Part shown: in pieces, positions 11,401 through 23,654 of the stretch | Numbering within the stretch: the stretch's first letter is position 1 | How the letters are laid out: every line of letters begins with the position of its first letter | Origin: Raillietiella orientalis | Taxonomy: Eukaryota | Reading direction: 5' to 3' | Assembly (NCBI GenBank): GCA_036172245.1 | Contig: JAYWIR010000040.1 | Coordinates: 1-64,000, forward strand | DNA: 64,000 bases | The notes under the pieces: model-generated | What the model saw: the letters and a program-made list of their open reading frames with translations, nothing else | Databases searched by the model: none | Told to the model about the DNA's origin: nothing | Translations under genes and position numbers: made by a program

Positions 11401-12149
11401 AACATAACCTGTTTCCAAGAGAGCGGGGACACAAAAGTATCCAGACACAGGGGAGGGAGTGCATGGTCTTCGGGGACTAGACTCAAAAGTTTACTTCACT
11501 GAAGGAGTCTTGTTGCCGCAGCACGTGTACTGGTAACATCCACCAACTTACGCACCATCTAGCCTTCAAGGAGGTTGTTCCTGCCCGCGACGTTGCAGAA
11601 AAACTTTTATTTCGCCGCTGTCAAGTGATCCTTCCGCAAACCTGCCTCAGCCAGTCAGTCGCGCTTTAGAGCGTTCAAGTGCCTGGTTCAAAGTCCGCTC
11701 ATGTTGTTGGCAGTGGGCGACATCATTTCGCCGAAGTTATGAAGGTGTCTCCGTGCTTCTGGGTGTTGCAAGCGGGCAGGTCGAAAGGGTTGATTCTGGT
11801 GCACGGAGTGGGCAGCGATGATCCTAGTTCGAACGTACAAAAGTGGACAAGAAGTGCGCTAAGGGCCTGTGGGAAGACGGGTAGCTGTTTCTAGTGCTGG
11901 AAGATGCGCATCTCCTCGGACCTTTCTCGTTAGTCTGCCTGCGATCCATCCAACAGTCTTCTACGCTCCAGTCTGCTCCAAGAATGTCCCGGACGCAAGT
12001 ACCTGTTGAAACCCGCCATCCCGCCAGACATGTTGTCGATTGCTGGAGATCTTGGATTCGTGAGAGACAGCTCTTCGCTCGCCCCATATTGTGCAGCGTC
12101 TTTGCTAGGTCCGTTAAGGAAGCTGACGTAAGAAAGGTGCAATGAAAAA

Positions 12150-12960
12150 GTTAAAGAAACAAAATAAATAGAAAAGAATTTGAAGGGGTGGGGTGCAAAA
12201 ACTGATCATTGTCAGCAGAAGGTGGTCCTCTGCATCCTTTGAAGGATGGCGGCAAGGTGTTGCTGGATATTGCTGTCAAGGTCTGACCGCTATCCACAGA
12301 AAGCGAGGAGCCAAGCGGTTGAGTTCGCATTGTTTCCCGATCCACGACCCTGCGGAGGCAGCAAAGTGCTGCAAGGGCTACGACTGGCTTCAGGGCGTCT
12401 CGCAAAAAGAGTCAATCATTTCTGGAGTTGATGTCGAGGCTTCCAAGGCTAGCGTGTTTGGTCCGAATGGGACCAAAGGAAACAGTCCACTAGCCGGTGA
12501 GGAAAAGATTCCAGCTCCCCGCACATTGCACAGTTCGCTTCCACACACTTTCGTGTCCAGTAATGCCGGCGGGCGTTGCACAGGAGGCCCCAGTGCAGCA
12601 GCATTTGCACCGACTCCTGCCACTTCAAGGGGAAGATGCAGGTGTCCAAGAGCACCGGGATGTCTGCAGATCTTTCACCAGAATTCCCAGTGTCTCGCTA
12701 AAGAGTCGTCGAGGGTGGGCACTCGGGGTCGCAGCGTCCGTTAGCTGGCCCGTCGTCCATTCAACTAGTCATTCTCTTCTTCTGGAGATTTCGGCACTGA
12801 CTCCCTATTTCACGGACAGGTTGCTGCCCATATGTTCTCGAAGGGAGAGCAGCAATGCGGCAAGGAAAGTTGGCAAGAGCATCGATGGCCGCACTCTTCA
12901 AGATGATCTTCTCTGGCAGCTTCTCGGTATCTCCTGGATGCCTCTGTATGAGCTTTGACA
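12150..12960 (-). mobile_element. L1/Tx1-clade LINE 3' fragment (post-RT, zf-RVT region)
   Basis: PLKWQESVQMLLHWGLLCNARRHYW...CAMCGELESFPH...DC, homologous to the C-terminus of the 13288-15228 ORF. Confidence 0.75.
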
Positions 12961-13229
12961 GTCTGTGAATACCGTGATCGTTGGTGGGTTCAGCGAGTGA
13001 GACGGTGGGATGTATGTAGGCGAAGGGGCAGGGAGCCCCTCTTAGGAAGTGATCCGATTTCTAGGAGAGGGTGACACCTGGGAGGCGTTCGCACTCGGAT
13101 GTCACGCGTGGTGAAGAACTGCCGCTCGACTTGTGCGGCACAAAGAGAGGGAAAAAAAGAGGGGGAAGCTGCGAAAAGAGGATCAGTTCTCAAGGTCGCG
13201 GCGCTCGCCCCACCTCCCTCCGCACCAGC

Positions 13230-15295
13230 ATGGTTTCCGAACATCGCCTGAAGGACGTCGAAAAAGTTACCGCCTATTATTATCACGGTGGCCTCTCCTG
13301 AGGCCTATCCTTCGCTAGGGCTGATGACTTCGATCAATATCAAGGTGGCGATCTTTATCAAAAACGAGCTTGCCGCCACCATTCTGGAAACCTTCTGTCC
13401 CGTACCTGAAAGAGTCATCGCCTTACGGTTTGTTCTGGTCCGCAAATTTTTTCACCAGTTTCTGGTGAATGTTTACGGACCCCACCAAGACAAACCGTGG
13501 GACGGGCTTCGAGGTAAACAGGGCGAAGTCGTCAATCATTTCTCCGGACTCGTTGCGGGCAGGACGGTCAGGCTGGATCCGCTTGGGGATCCCCACGGGC
13601 GGGTACTTCAAGTACCTGGGCGTTCCGTTGGGGGACTTCTGCGCTGCAGAAGCCTGGTCCGACCGTCTCCAAAAGTGGAGTTGGCGATCGGCCCGTTTCG
13701 GGACGGCAAGTTTTACTTGCAGGAACGGGTGGCGGTGTGGAACGCTTTTGCGGCCCCCCTCCTCCGCCCCCTACTTTTTGTATGCCCCATACCTCCCCGA
13801 ATTCGACAAAGGACGAGGGGCCTCATTAGAAAAGCCCTCTGGGGCAATCGGAGGCCCCTCGTCCGTCTTAAAGACTTGTGCGCTCCACGCAGGGACGGTG
13901 GACTTGGTCTCCTGACGCTGGAGCGCATGAAGCGACAGCTCCGATTCCGCAAACTTGCATTTGTGGCAAAGTACTGGACCGCACCCTGGTGTGCACCTTC
14001 ACGAATCCTGGCTCAGAGGGCAACCGGCTGCCATGGATTGACCTCAATCCTAGTAGCCAACGACCGCAGCCTTAACCACTGTGGTTTTCAGCTGCGGGAA
14101 TTGGTTTCCCTGTTGAGAGACAATCCGTGGATCTCCTGCATCCCAGCGGACTGGATTACCTGGCTCCAGGAATCCGTTTCCGCATGGGCTAAAATCAACG
14201 GCTCCAGCGATGAGGACTTCTCCTGCCTCCGTAGAGGCAGGTACGCTGGTCAGCCACTGCAGGAGATCGTCAGCAACCCATGGAAGCTTCTGTGGGCCTC
14301 CTTTACCCCCCTTGCCCCAGTGCTGCCCTCCCTTAGGGAAGTTCGGGACAGCCAGCAGGAGGCATCGTGGGAAGTGTCCTGCCTCATCGGAGGCAGGAAA
14401 AAATTATTGAAGGCGTGGACGTCCCGGGAACTAGCGGAAGCTAGTACCCCGAGTGTCCCGCCAAATGGACTTTCACGCTGGGGCGCGCTGCTCGAAGTAC
14501 CTCCGGAGGAGGTAAAGTGGCCCCCGGTGTCGTGGAATAACGGCACCCTTCCCCTGCAGTGGCAGGAGACGGCGTTGCTTCTGCTCCATTGGGGACTGTT
14601 AAGCAGAGCGCGCTTGTCTCACTGGACACAAGGGAGTGTGGATGCTAGTTGCCCAGACTGTGGGGAAAGAGAAACCTTTGCTCACTTGATCATTGAGTGC
14701 GTTGCCCTTCGCGATATGTGGAACCGACACTCGTCGATCTTGAACATTCCGCGGCGCGACCCGAAGAACATTTTTCGACTCCTGATGCGGGACGCCTTGC
14801 CAGCTTCCGGGTGTGTAGCAGTGCTCTGTTGCGTACGCGGAATACTGGACAAGTGGACCGCGTCAAGGAGAGGACATGCCAGTCGGAATGCCATCCACTG
14901 GGCAACCATCTCCTTGGAGAAGGCCTGCCGTTGGCGCCGACTTGGAAAACACTTACAGGCATCCGTGACCGGATGCAGAGGCCTCCTCACGGCGTACCGG
15001 GATTCCTTCCCTTCCCTCCCCCTCCCAAAGAACATTGCCCCCCCAGGCGTTTTCTTGTTTTTGTTTATTTTCGGTTTTCTTCGCCCCTTCACCAGTGTAG
15101 AGGACCTTATCGTCCTTCGGGTCGGTAAGGACAAGTGCCTCAAGACATTCGGGCCATATGTCCCGACTGAAAAACAAGAACAACAACAACAACAAAAAAA
15201 AAAAAAACAAATCATGACTGTATTATGAAATTTTTTTTGTGTATTTCGAAAAATTTTAATAATAAAAGCCCCGGCTCACCGGGGTGAAAAACCCA
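13230..15295 (+). mobile_element. L1/Tx1-clade LINE with an internal deletion (APE fragment joined to the RT C-terminus and zf-RVT)
   Basis: APE-like KVAIFIK...ERVIAL...LVNVYGP, then in another frame GFEVNRAKS...FKYLGVPLG (late RT). Followed by LCAPRRDGGLGL and LLHWGL...CPDCGERETFAHLIIEC. Ends with AATAAA plus a hairpin at 15261-15290. Confidence 0.85.
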
Positions 15296-15539
15296 AGGCG
15301 GCGCTCCTGGTTTGAAACGCTGCCCTATCACCAAGAGCTCGTGAAGGCGGTGCTGCAGTCGACCACCATCAGCAGAATCGCCGACTGGGATAGCATGAAA
15401 CACCGTGTCCACCTCCTCTGCAACATGTAGTTCGGAGACAGGAGACTGAGGCAATAAGCGTACCGGGAGCTGAACATTCAAGATCGCTCCCTCTCGAAAC
15501 ACTGGCAAGAGTACGAGAGTCGGTACGTCTTCCTAAACA

Positions 15540-18210
15540 TCAAGGGAGAAGTGGAAGTGTTGGAGAAGAGGAATCTGGCAACAGATATGTTCTGTATCCA
15601 TTACGATGGTCGTGCCAGCCACTGGTCGGAAGACATCACTGAAGCCTTCCAGAGGCATTACGTGGAACACTTCCAACGCAGACATCTGTGCAAATTTTAC
15701 GAAAATAGCTTCCTGAAACATCTGGAGAAAAGAGTCGATGAAAAAAAGCGAAAGCTACGTTTAAGGATCTTCGCAAGGATGTGGCACAGGGTCCTGATAA
15801 TGTTCCCATCTCACACTATCAACGGTACCTGCATGCCTACAAGCATTTGTTCTACCAGCTGACGCTACGCATCATGGAAGACGGACGACTACTGCAATCC
15901 TTCTATGAGAGTAGGATGAGATTGTTGCCAAGAGGAGGCGAACTCACGCAGGTCACCCAATGGAGGCCAATCTCGATCCTCAACTTCGATGCCAAGTAAT
16001 TGGCGAACATACGGGCCAACCGCCTAGGCAAGGTCTTGCCGAGGCTGATCTCTCCGGTCCAAAAATGTGCGGTGCCTGGACGTCACATGTCGGCCAAGGT
16101 CAAGTGTGCCCAAGCTACCATTGGACTCAGCCGATATATCGGCGAGAACTTGGTGCTAGGCTTCACTGACACGGAGAAGGCTTTCGATACGGTGGACCAT
16201 GAGATGCTGCTGAAGATTCTAGAAAGACTGGACCTCCTGGAATACTTCGGCAACTTCGTGAAGATGATACTCGAACAACAACATTTCCACATCAAGATAA
16301 ACGGGGAAACGACAGCAGCTATTCGCATGGAACGCGAAGGCCATCAGGGCGATGCTGTAAGTCCGATGCTGTTCGTTATCTATATGGAGGCCGTCTCGTC
16401 GTTCATCGAGAGAACTGAGTACCTCCAAGGAATCAAAGTGGACATTGAAAGGTTCACCCATCTGGCCTACGCAGACGACCTTCTCTTCTTCTTGAAAAAG
16501 GAGAGAGACCAGCAAGGATTTCTGCATGTGGTGGAGCTTATGAGGGAAGGATTGGGCTTGAAGATCAACGCCCAGAAGAGCCAGCTTTTGCCCGTCGGAA
16601 TCCTGGACCTCTCTACACTCAAGAGGAGAGGATTCCGTACGGTGGATCGAATTACGTACCTGAGTGTCCACATCGGAGATGCTTCGGCACCCCAATTACT
16701 GTGGAAGGAAGTCCTGGGGAGAACAGCAGAGCAAGGAGCGAAGTACAGCCGCTCGGACTTCAATATGAAGAAGAGGGTCAATCTTTGGAACGGAGTTCTC
16801 CTTTCAAAGATACTCTTTGGAGCGGCCTTCTCTACAACATCCCAGAACACCGAGCGCGAAATGGAAAAGCTTTAGCGGAGAACCCACTGGGGAAAATGTC
16901 GACCGAGAGTACGCCTTAAGCCACTGTGTCGTCCTAAGGAAGAAGGAGGATCCGGTATGAAGTCGTCTGCATACGCCGTGGACGTCATGGACATGCGACA
17001 AATCCTGGAAATGTATTCCAACTGAGACGACTGGCCGTACGCCACGCACAGGGCGTACTCGCTGTTGCGGAACAACTCGAGAGGCCTGATGACTGCGCTG
17101 GTCGGCAGAGTTGGTGAATGGTCCACCATCGACCCGTCGTGTCGAAGGAAACAGGAACACGTCAAGAAACATTTCTTGAAAATGATCCCGAAGAGCAAGG
17201 AACTTTGGCAGGAGGAATCCATCCAGGTTATCCCGTGGATGCTCCCCGTGCAGGATGACACGAGGACCAGGATAAACCAGAGGACCGGAGTGACTTTTCG
17301 TGATAATGAATCATGGGCACGACGACGACACCTGCATCATTCTCGGGTGCTGCGTTATGTCGAAAGGATTTCTGGCAGCTTCGCATTCAGGACACGCGAA
17401 GTGTGGAAGAATCATCGCAACTTCGCATGGTCCAGAGTAACGAAGAGGAACATTCGCCAGCTATTAGGAGAAGAAGACTTCAGCGCCCTCCAAGATGCCG
17501 CCGACCGCTACGCTAGTAGTGGATTTAATCCACTGGCGATTGAGACGGTGCTCTAGAGGAGTGATTTAGCACCGGAAACTCAGGATAATCTCCTCAGGTT
17601 CTTCCATGGAGGTATCATGAGTGGTTCCAGGATGAAGCACTTCACGGGAATAGGAGACGAAGAAATCTGCAGGAAGTGTGGTGGAATAGATACAAGACGT
17701 CACGTACTGACTTCCCCCCCCTGCAAGCCTAGTGGACTACTCTGAAAAGGGCCATCGGGCTGTCCAGCTCCTCGACGATGGAGGTTTGGGCAGAGAAGTT
17801 CCAAAGAACTGGAACGGTTTCCCGCTATAACCCTATGGTAAGAGTGACGATCGCCGTTTTCATCACCGCCATTATTGTAAGGTGGTGGAAGATGAAGACC
17901 ACGAGGACCACAATATCTCCCCTAGGAAACCTGATAGGGCTCATCCAGAAAGAGATTGGCATTAAAAACTGCGGACCAGTGCAGGTCTGGAACTACCGAA
18001 ACATCCTGAAAAGGATTGGAGGAGGAACCCAGGCCCAAACGACACCCAGCTGATTAATGCAGCGAACTTTCCAGAGACCCCAAGAAGCAGACTTCAAGTG
18101 AACCCCAGCGATAGGAAGTGCAATCTTTGTGCAATTTGTATGCATGAGATTGTAGTGTGAAAGAGAAAATAAATTCACCCCAACCCTTGCAGGACTTGGG
18201 GAAACGTTAA
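15540..18210 (+). mobile_element. L1/Tx1-clade LINE ORF2 pseudogene with RT domain (second family)
   Basis: WRPISILNFDAK*LANIRANRL, DTEKAFDTVDH, QGDAVSPMLF, YADD, GLKINAQKS, LCRPKEEGG and a CRKCG knuckle. Multiple stops. AATAAA at 18168. Confidence 0.9.
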
Positions 18211-19019
18211 TAATTTTTTGTTTCCTGCTTATTCTCCCTCCAATTATCTTCAGTGCGCAGACCCTTTCCGGCGACTGCTCCGGGCAGATGGCACCTCCGG
18301 AACATCCCAAAGTAATGGCAATATAGAAACACTGGAAGCTTCCTCGACAAAAGATGTCACAGCTTGGAAAACAACTTGAAGTCCGAGTTCACCAGGGTGA
18401 TTCGGCGCAAGTTGTCCAAATGGCGGAAGTCTCCTGCTTCGGGGACCATACGCACCTTCGCCGAGGGAAAGGAAGCCGTGACATGTCGAACTCCCCTCCT
18501 CCGTCCCTATTTTTTGTATTTCCGCCCTCTTCTTTCGTGAAGACCTGGACGACGCGCCTCCTACGGAAAGCATAGTTGGGTGCTCATGCCATGAAAGTGG
18601 CCTTAATTAGCCGCGAATCTGAGTCCAATACGCGGCGAGCTGTCATCGTGGCACGGATGTAACAGATTGCTGCAATCACAGCGCTCGTTCGCTCTTCCGG
18701 CTGTCGGTCGGTGGCGAAGGACTCGCAACCCTGTTTGCGTGCCATCATCGCCGACTCACATCTAGCAGATTCCCCTTCCGGTTCGTCGCTACTCCGCAGA
18801 GAGCGAACATGTGGATTTCGCGCCCCCCTGGGAATGCTCTGGTCTGGCGGCAGAAGAAAGTGAGGATGTAGGCTCCAGCTCACCCGAATCCTGCAGCCGA
18901 TCGTTTCGGGAGAACGGAAGAACATTGGAGGAGGTGGGTAGTAAGCTAGCTGACTTTGCTGGGCTAGCCACCAGCCAGCCCCTTCGCCGCAGCGGTGTCC
19001 TCCGCTGTCAGGGTACATG

Positions 19020-19900
19020 TCACCTGACTTCCGGCGAAGTGGGAGGTTTGCTGCGGGATCTTATTCCTCATAAAGCCTATGGGTGGCTGGAATACTGCTG
19101 ACACAGCAACACGAAGAACCCTCTCCCAAGAAATGCAACGTTGCAGCGGAACTCTTTTCCATTCGGCCCTAAGAGTTGGAAGTGCCCCCTGTGTTTAGGG
19201 ATAGTAACCTGCTTCATCTCAATTGGCTGCAATCGGCGCAGCTGATACTGTACTGCGCGTCTCCCGTGCAATGCGCGTCGGCACCACTGGGCGAGGGGAA
19301 GCTCATTGCCGAACTGCGCCAGGTGAGGAGAGGAGGAGACTTTCCCCCACTCATTAGCGCAATGCTTCGCCCTCCGTGTCCTGTGGGAATGTCGGCGTCC
19401 CTTTCTCACTCCGTTGATGATCCACGTTACTCTTTGGGGCATCTCTTCGTGGGAGACGCCATGACGCCCGTTGCTGCAATTGCAGCTCGGTGCTGCAGGC
19501 GCGGTGTCGTCGCAGCCAAGTACAACTCCGAGAGAGACAGGAGCGACGGGGGTCGGCCCTACACGCCATCCGCTTCCTACACACAGCTTTGAGATGGTGC
19601 CATCTGGAAAGGGAGAAGGAGGAGCTCGCCGGCATCCTTCAACGGATGCAGAGGCCTCACCCACCACGAAAGCTGATCCCTTCCATTCCCCCCAACTAAT
19701 TTATGTTGTTTTTTCCAGTCCGTTATAGTTTGTTTGATTGTTTTTCTAGTTTTGTTTTATCCTTCTTCTTCTTCGTGGACGTGATCGACCTCTCCCACCT
19801 CTCCCTAGTTTTAGTGTTATAATTGCAATCGGTGAGCCCTTTGGCTCCATCAATTTCTGCAAGGGGAATAAACTCTCCGGCGCACCCGGGTGTGAAATCA
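19020..19900 (+). mobile_element. L1/Tx1-clade LINE 3' fragment
   Basis: Degenerate homology to the 14400-15290 region (cccgtgcaatgcgcg, gccggcatccttcaacggatgcagaggcct). Ends aataaactctccggcgcacccgggtgtgaaa. Confidence 0.65.
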
Positions 19901-19929
19901 CAGCGCTCTTCTTCACTCAGCCTCCCGCG

Positions 19930-20520
19930 AACAAGTCTCGCGGCAAGTCCGAAGCACGATAGATCCTGCGGTTGTCTGAGCGCCGAAAGGAGTTTCCGCC
20001 TCAAGCCCTCCACGAAACCGAAGTCCAGCAAAAGGTGAGGGAGGGATTCCGTCGTTCTGCACCTTCAACAGTTCGGGGAGACAACTCTTCCGGAAACCAT
20101 GTGCCTTCTCTGGTTGCATCCGAATTCCCCAACTGAGGAAAGCAGATGGCATCCTGCTGCCTACGGAGCGCGAACACGGAGGTGTCCACCACACACAGGG
20201 GTGGGACCACGAATATTTCTGGAGGCACATCAAGTAGGTCACTCTAATGAAGCGGTCCCTTCGCCCGAAAACGAGGGGTGGCGACGTACACCTACTCGAT
20301 CGTATTGCAGCCTTCCAGGAATGCTTCGACTGCTGCCGTTTTGCCAAAAACTCCCATCACCCCGGTTGGCTGCTGTCCTTGCTTGCCCTGATGGAAGACA
20401 GTGCTGCAGCAAGCGATTTGACGGCTATCCGGGACCACTGCGTCCAATCGTGCGGGATATTTCCCAGCGGTTTGCATGGGAGTTTGTGCAGCGATCGCAG
20501 TTCCTCTGGGCGCACTCCGA
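19930..20520 (-). mobile_element. L1/Tx1-clade LINE fragment
   Basis: VPPEIFVVPPLCVVDTSVFALRRQQDA...LSWG, the same post-RT region as 36960-37080 (VPPVELVVPNLCVDTSVFQL). Confidence 0.55.
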
Positions 20521-20582
20521 AAGAGACGGACCGGCACTCCAGCCTTCTGCCGCCAGAAATTCCAGCTTTGGGAAAAATTATT

Positions 20583-20666
20583 GTTCGCAGCACGTGGGGT
20601 TCCCAGGAGGTCGTCGTCCATCCAAGTAGCTGACCTGGTGTGGAGTTGCTTCACTTCGCCAATGGA
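20583..20666 (-). pseudogene. 5S rRNA pseudogene (3' two-thirds)
   Basis: Minus strand ggcgaagtgaagcaac...gctacttggatggacgacgacctcctgggaaccccacgtgctgcgaac followed by TTTTT. Confidence 0.75.
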
Positions 20667-21049
20667 AAGCATGGCGGTGGCCCGTAGTGGCGGCACCGCC
20701 TCTCGTTCGATCGTTCAATTTTTTGCCTCATGGAGTCCTTCGCCCTCACTGTGCTCCCCTTGTGGCGGCTTCCACCAATGGAACGAAGCGATGTCGATCG
20801 ACCAAATTTATCCCCGGATTCAAAGTTTCAACTTGGATCCGCTTCAATCGCGTGTGGTTACCTTTCACTGCCTGTCTCCGCTGGCGAGCATAACTTTGCC
20901 TTCTTTGCTTCTCCACATGTGCGACACTGATTTTCATAAACGTTTGCAAATATTTGGACTCACTTTACTCAGAAACGACGAACCGACACTGAAATGTGCT
21001 TACTTTCCGAGCTATGGATGACGCTCCCTTCATTAAGTTCTCCTTCTCT

Positions 21050-22090
21050 AACGAATGTATTTTTCGGATTATTTTAAATCCAATGATATATCTCCATTAC
21101 GAAATAGAATTTATTGCTGGGCGGGGGCAAGAATATTTCGGGAGGTAGGCACCATTTCCACAGCTGAGGCATTGGAATTCCTACGAATGCTCCTGTTTGA
21201 CGAAGAAGCGGCTTCGAGTCTTCGATTCCTTCCTCATTCGAGGGTGGAAGTCATTCCAAGGAAGATGCCGGCGAACCTTCACAGAACGTGCCCGGAAAAT
21301 GTATCTCCAGCCTCGCCCACGCAACTGTCTGAAATCGTGGTCTTTTACCTTTTCAATTGTCAGGGGGGAACAGCGCAAGTTCCTAGATGACGTCATTGTG
21401 ACACGCAGCTGCGAATCATCGATTCGTTTACGTGTTGGGCAATCTATTAGTCTCGGCGATAGATTTCGGCTCACTCCCACTGCTTCACTGGGCAATTTCC
21501 CGCCAAGGACATTCGTGTCCACAAGGGATCACTGGCTTCACAACTGGTCTCGGGTAAACCTTGCGCTGAAGATGTTCCCATGTAAAACAGAGGAGAGAAC
21601 TGGGATGGCGGGAAGGAATTTGACCACGAAAGTGCACGAAGCTTTCCTCTCGGAAGTTGCAAAAGCATGAAAAAGTGAATACTTCGCGTATCCGCGGACC
21701 AGCACGCTCCATGCGAGGTGGTTGAGAGGAGAACCAAATTCCTCTCAACCCTCACTTCAGAACCAGTACACCACCTGATTTTCTGCGACATGTGGAGCTC
21801 TTGTGATGCTGCTTCTGGAGTATCCTTGGCAAACGATGCTGCAAGCAGTTACTCGACATTCTCAAAAGAGCCTTCGTGATGAGGACAAGGAGGTGGCCAC
21901 GAGGAATGACACCGTCGTTTCAGAGTGGAGACAATCTTGTGCTGGTTCTCTTCTTTCCCTGGAATAAACCACTCCCGTTCGCATGGCTACCACATAAGCA
22001 TTCGAGCACGCAGTTGTGTGCATTCTGTTTCCATTTCGCCCTACCACAGCACTGACCAGGTGAAAAGGGTGCTCTCAATTTGCGACTTGA
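21050..22090 (+). mobile_element. Possible Helitron helicase remnant
   Basis: Weak ordered motifs across frames (LRMLLFDE, LRVG, GNFPP, RSHGYHISIRAR) resembling PIF1-like IIWDE, LKVG, GLPPH and FSHGQLYVA.SR. Confidence 0.3.
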
Positions 22091-22574
22091 AGTTGGGCTG
22101 CGTGGGAAGTGTGTGGCTTGCGAGACACGTGCTTCTTTCGAGGTTGCAGACATATCCACGGGGATGTTCTCCGGGAAGAGGGTGGTGTTGGGATGGGAAA
22201 TGGGGGAAGGATGGGTGGGGGATTCGCAACGGATACCCATATTTGGAGGGGGGGAGCTAAGTAGAGGGAAGGTCAGGTGTAGGGTGGGTGATTGGGTCGA
22301 GTGGACGCACCAGCTTAAATGCGACGGAGGATTCCCGCAACTTGAAGTCTGGTTTCCGGGCAGTGCAAGAAGCATCGCAGGGATTTGTGGAGCAGGGACA
22401 GAGCAAAGCTCCTAGCGATCGCTTCCTGTGTTGCAGCTTTAGGATTCTTCTTGATACTGAAAAGAAGGAGTGGGTGGGGGCGGCGCCACGCTGCATGCAG
22501 GACGGCGACCAGCTTCAACGAGCAACCACTCTTTCGGAAGCGTTCTGCTAGACAGACGCGGCCAAAAAGAATTG

Positions 22575-22692
22575 GTCCACGGCACCCGGGGTTCCCAGGC
22601 GGTCGCCCATCCAAGTACTGATCGGGCCCGACGCTGCTTAACTTCGCCGATCGAACGAGAGACGGTGCTTTCAGCGTGGTGTGGCCGTGAAC
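22575..22692 (-). rRNA. 5S rRNA
   Basis: 118 nt GTTCACGGCCACACCACGCTGAAAGCACC...AGTTAAGCAGCG (box A)...TACTTGGATGGGCG (box C)...GCCGTGGAC. Termini pair, and a T5 terminator follows. Confidence 0.95.
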
Positions 22693-23553
22693 GGAGGCCT
22701 TTCCCTACAAGGCACTTTTTGTGACACTTTCGCAAGGCAGCTCCCCGCCTACGCGACCGCGTGCACTTCTCCAGTGCGAACTTTTCCTGACGCGCGTTCC
22801 TCGTTGCATCGCATTCTCTTCGCCCTGCTCCGCTACTGTTCCACCTGAGCCTCCAGGCTTCGTTGGCCAACAGAAGGCTTGTTATTCTCTGAGGTGTAGC
22901 AGCTGCGACGGGACGTGGGAAGTGCTGGAACTCCCTCGCTCGCCGCAGAGGATCATCGAGCAGGGAATGCTCTCTCACATGCTCTCTCTCATGCCAAACG
23001 CGTGCGTCCGCTTTGGCCGATCGTAGAACGGAATGTGCAGGAGGCTCTTGGAGACCACTCGGCAAGGTGAGGGGAGGATGCAACTGGAGTCTGATAGGAG
23101 TGCGGGCATGTGTCAGACGAATCTGACTCCCGGCAGATTGCCTTCAGCCACGAAGAATCTTCGGATGCATCTTGAAGACACCGGCTTACATCGTTCTATA
23201 CAATGAAGAAGCGTTCCTCTGTACGGCAAGCCACGCGTGCTCCACTTGTTGAGAACGGTCAATCAGCCACTAAGCTGACGCGAGCAGCTGCTAGGCCCGT
23301 GAGGGAAGGCCGGAGTACCGGAAGGGCACTAAGCTGACTGTCGGATGCCCTCTTGACTCTGGTTGTTGCTCTGCACGCCTGTCGAGATGCCAGCGGATCT
23401 GCAGGCCGCACTGCGGACCAGGAGACAACCTTCAAGCCACCGTCTTGAGCATGGTTGACCTCTCTTACCCGCTGCGAGCATGAAGAGGCATGGTGCGGCG
23501 TGCACCAGATGGAAACACCAAGGAAAACCTCACGTGGGACCACGACGTGCCTG
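22693..23553. repeat. 5S upstream flank repeat (near-identical copy at 38547-39407; diverged inverted copy at 56605-57251)
   Basis: Direct sequence identity seen by eye. Confidence 0.9.
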
Positions 23554-23654
23554 TCCTCCACTGCGACCTGACTGACACGCTGTGAACACAGTGATCTGCC
23601 TACAAATGAAAACGGAAAATTAAATCTTTTGGGGTTTAGTTCAGGGGACAGTAA

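Noticed and set aside
15050..15085. Transmembrane-like FLFLFIFGFL at the LINE ORF C-terminus
   Set aside because: It is the translation of a T-rich 3' UTR tract whose length and frame vary among copies.
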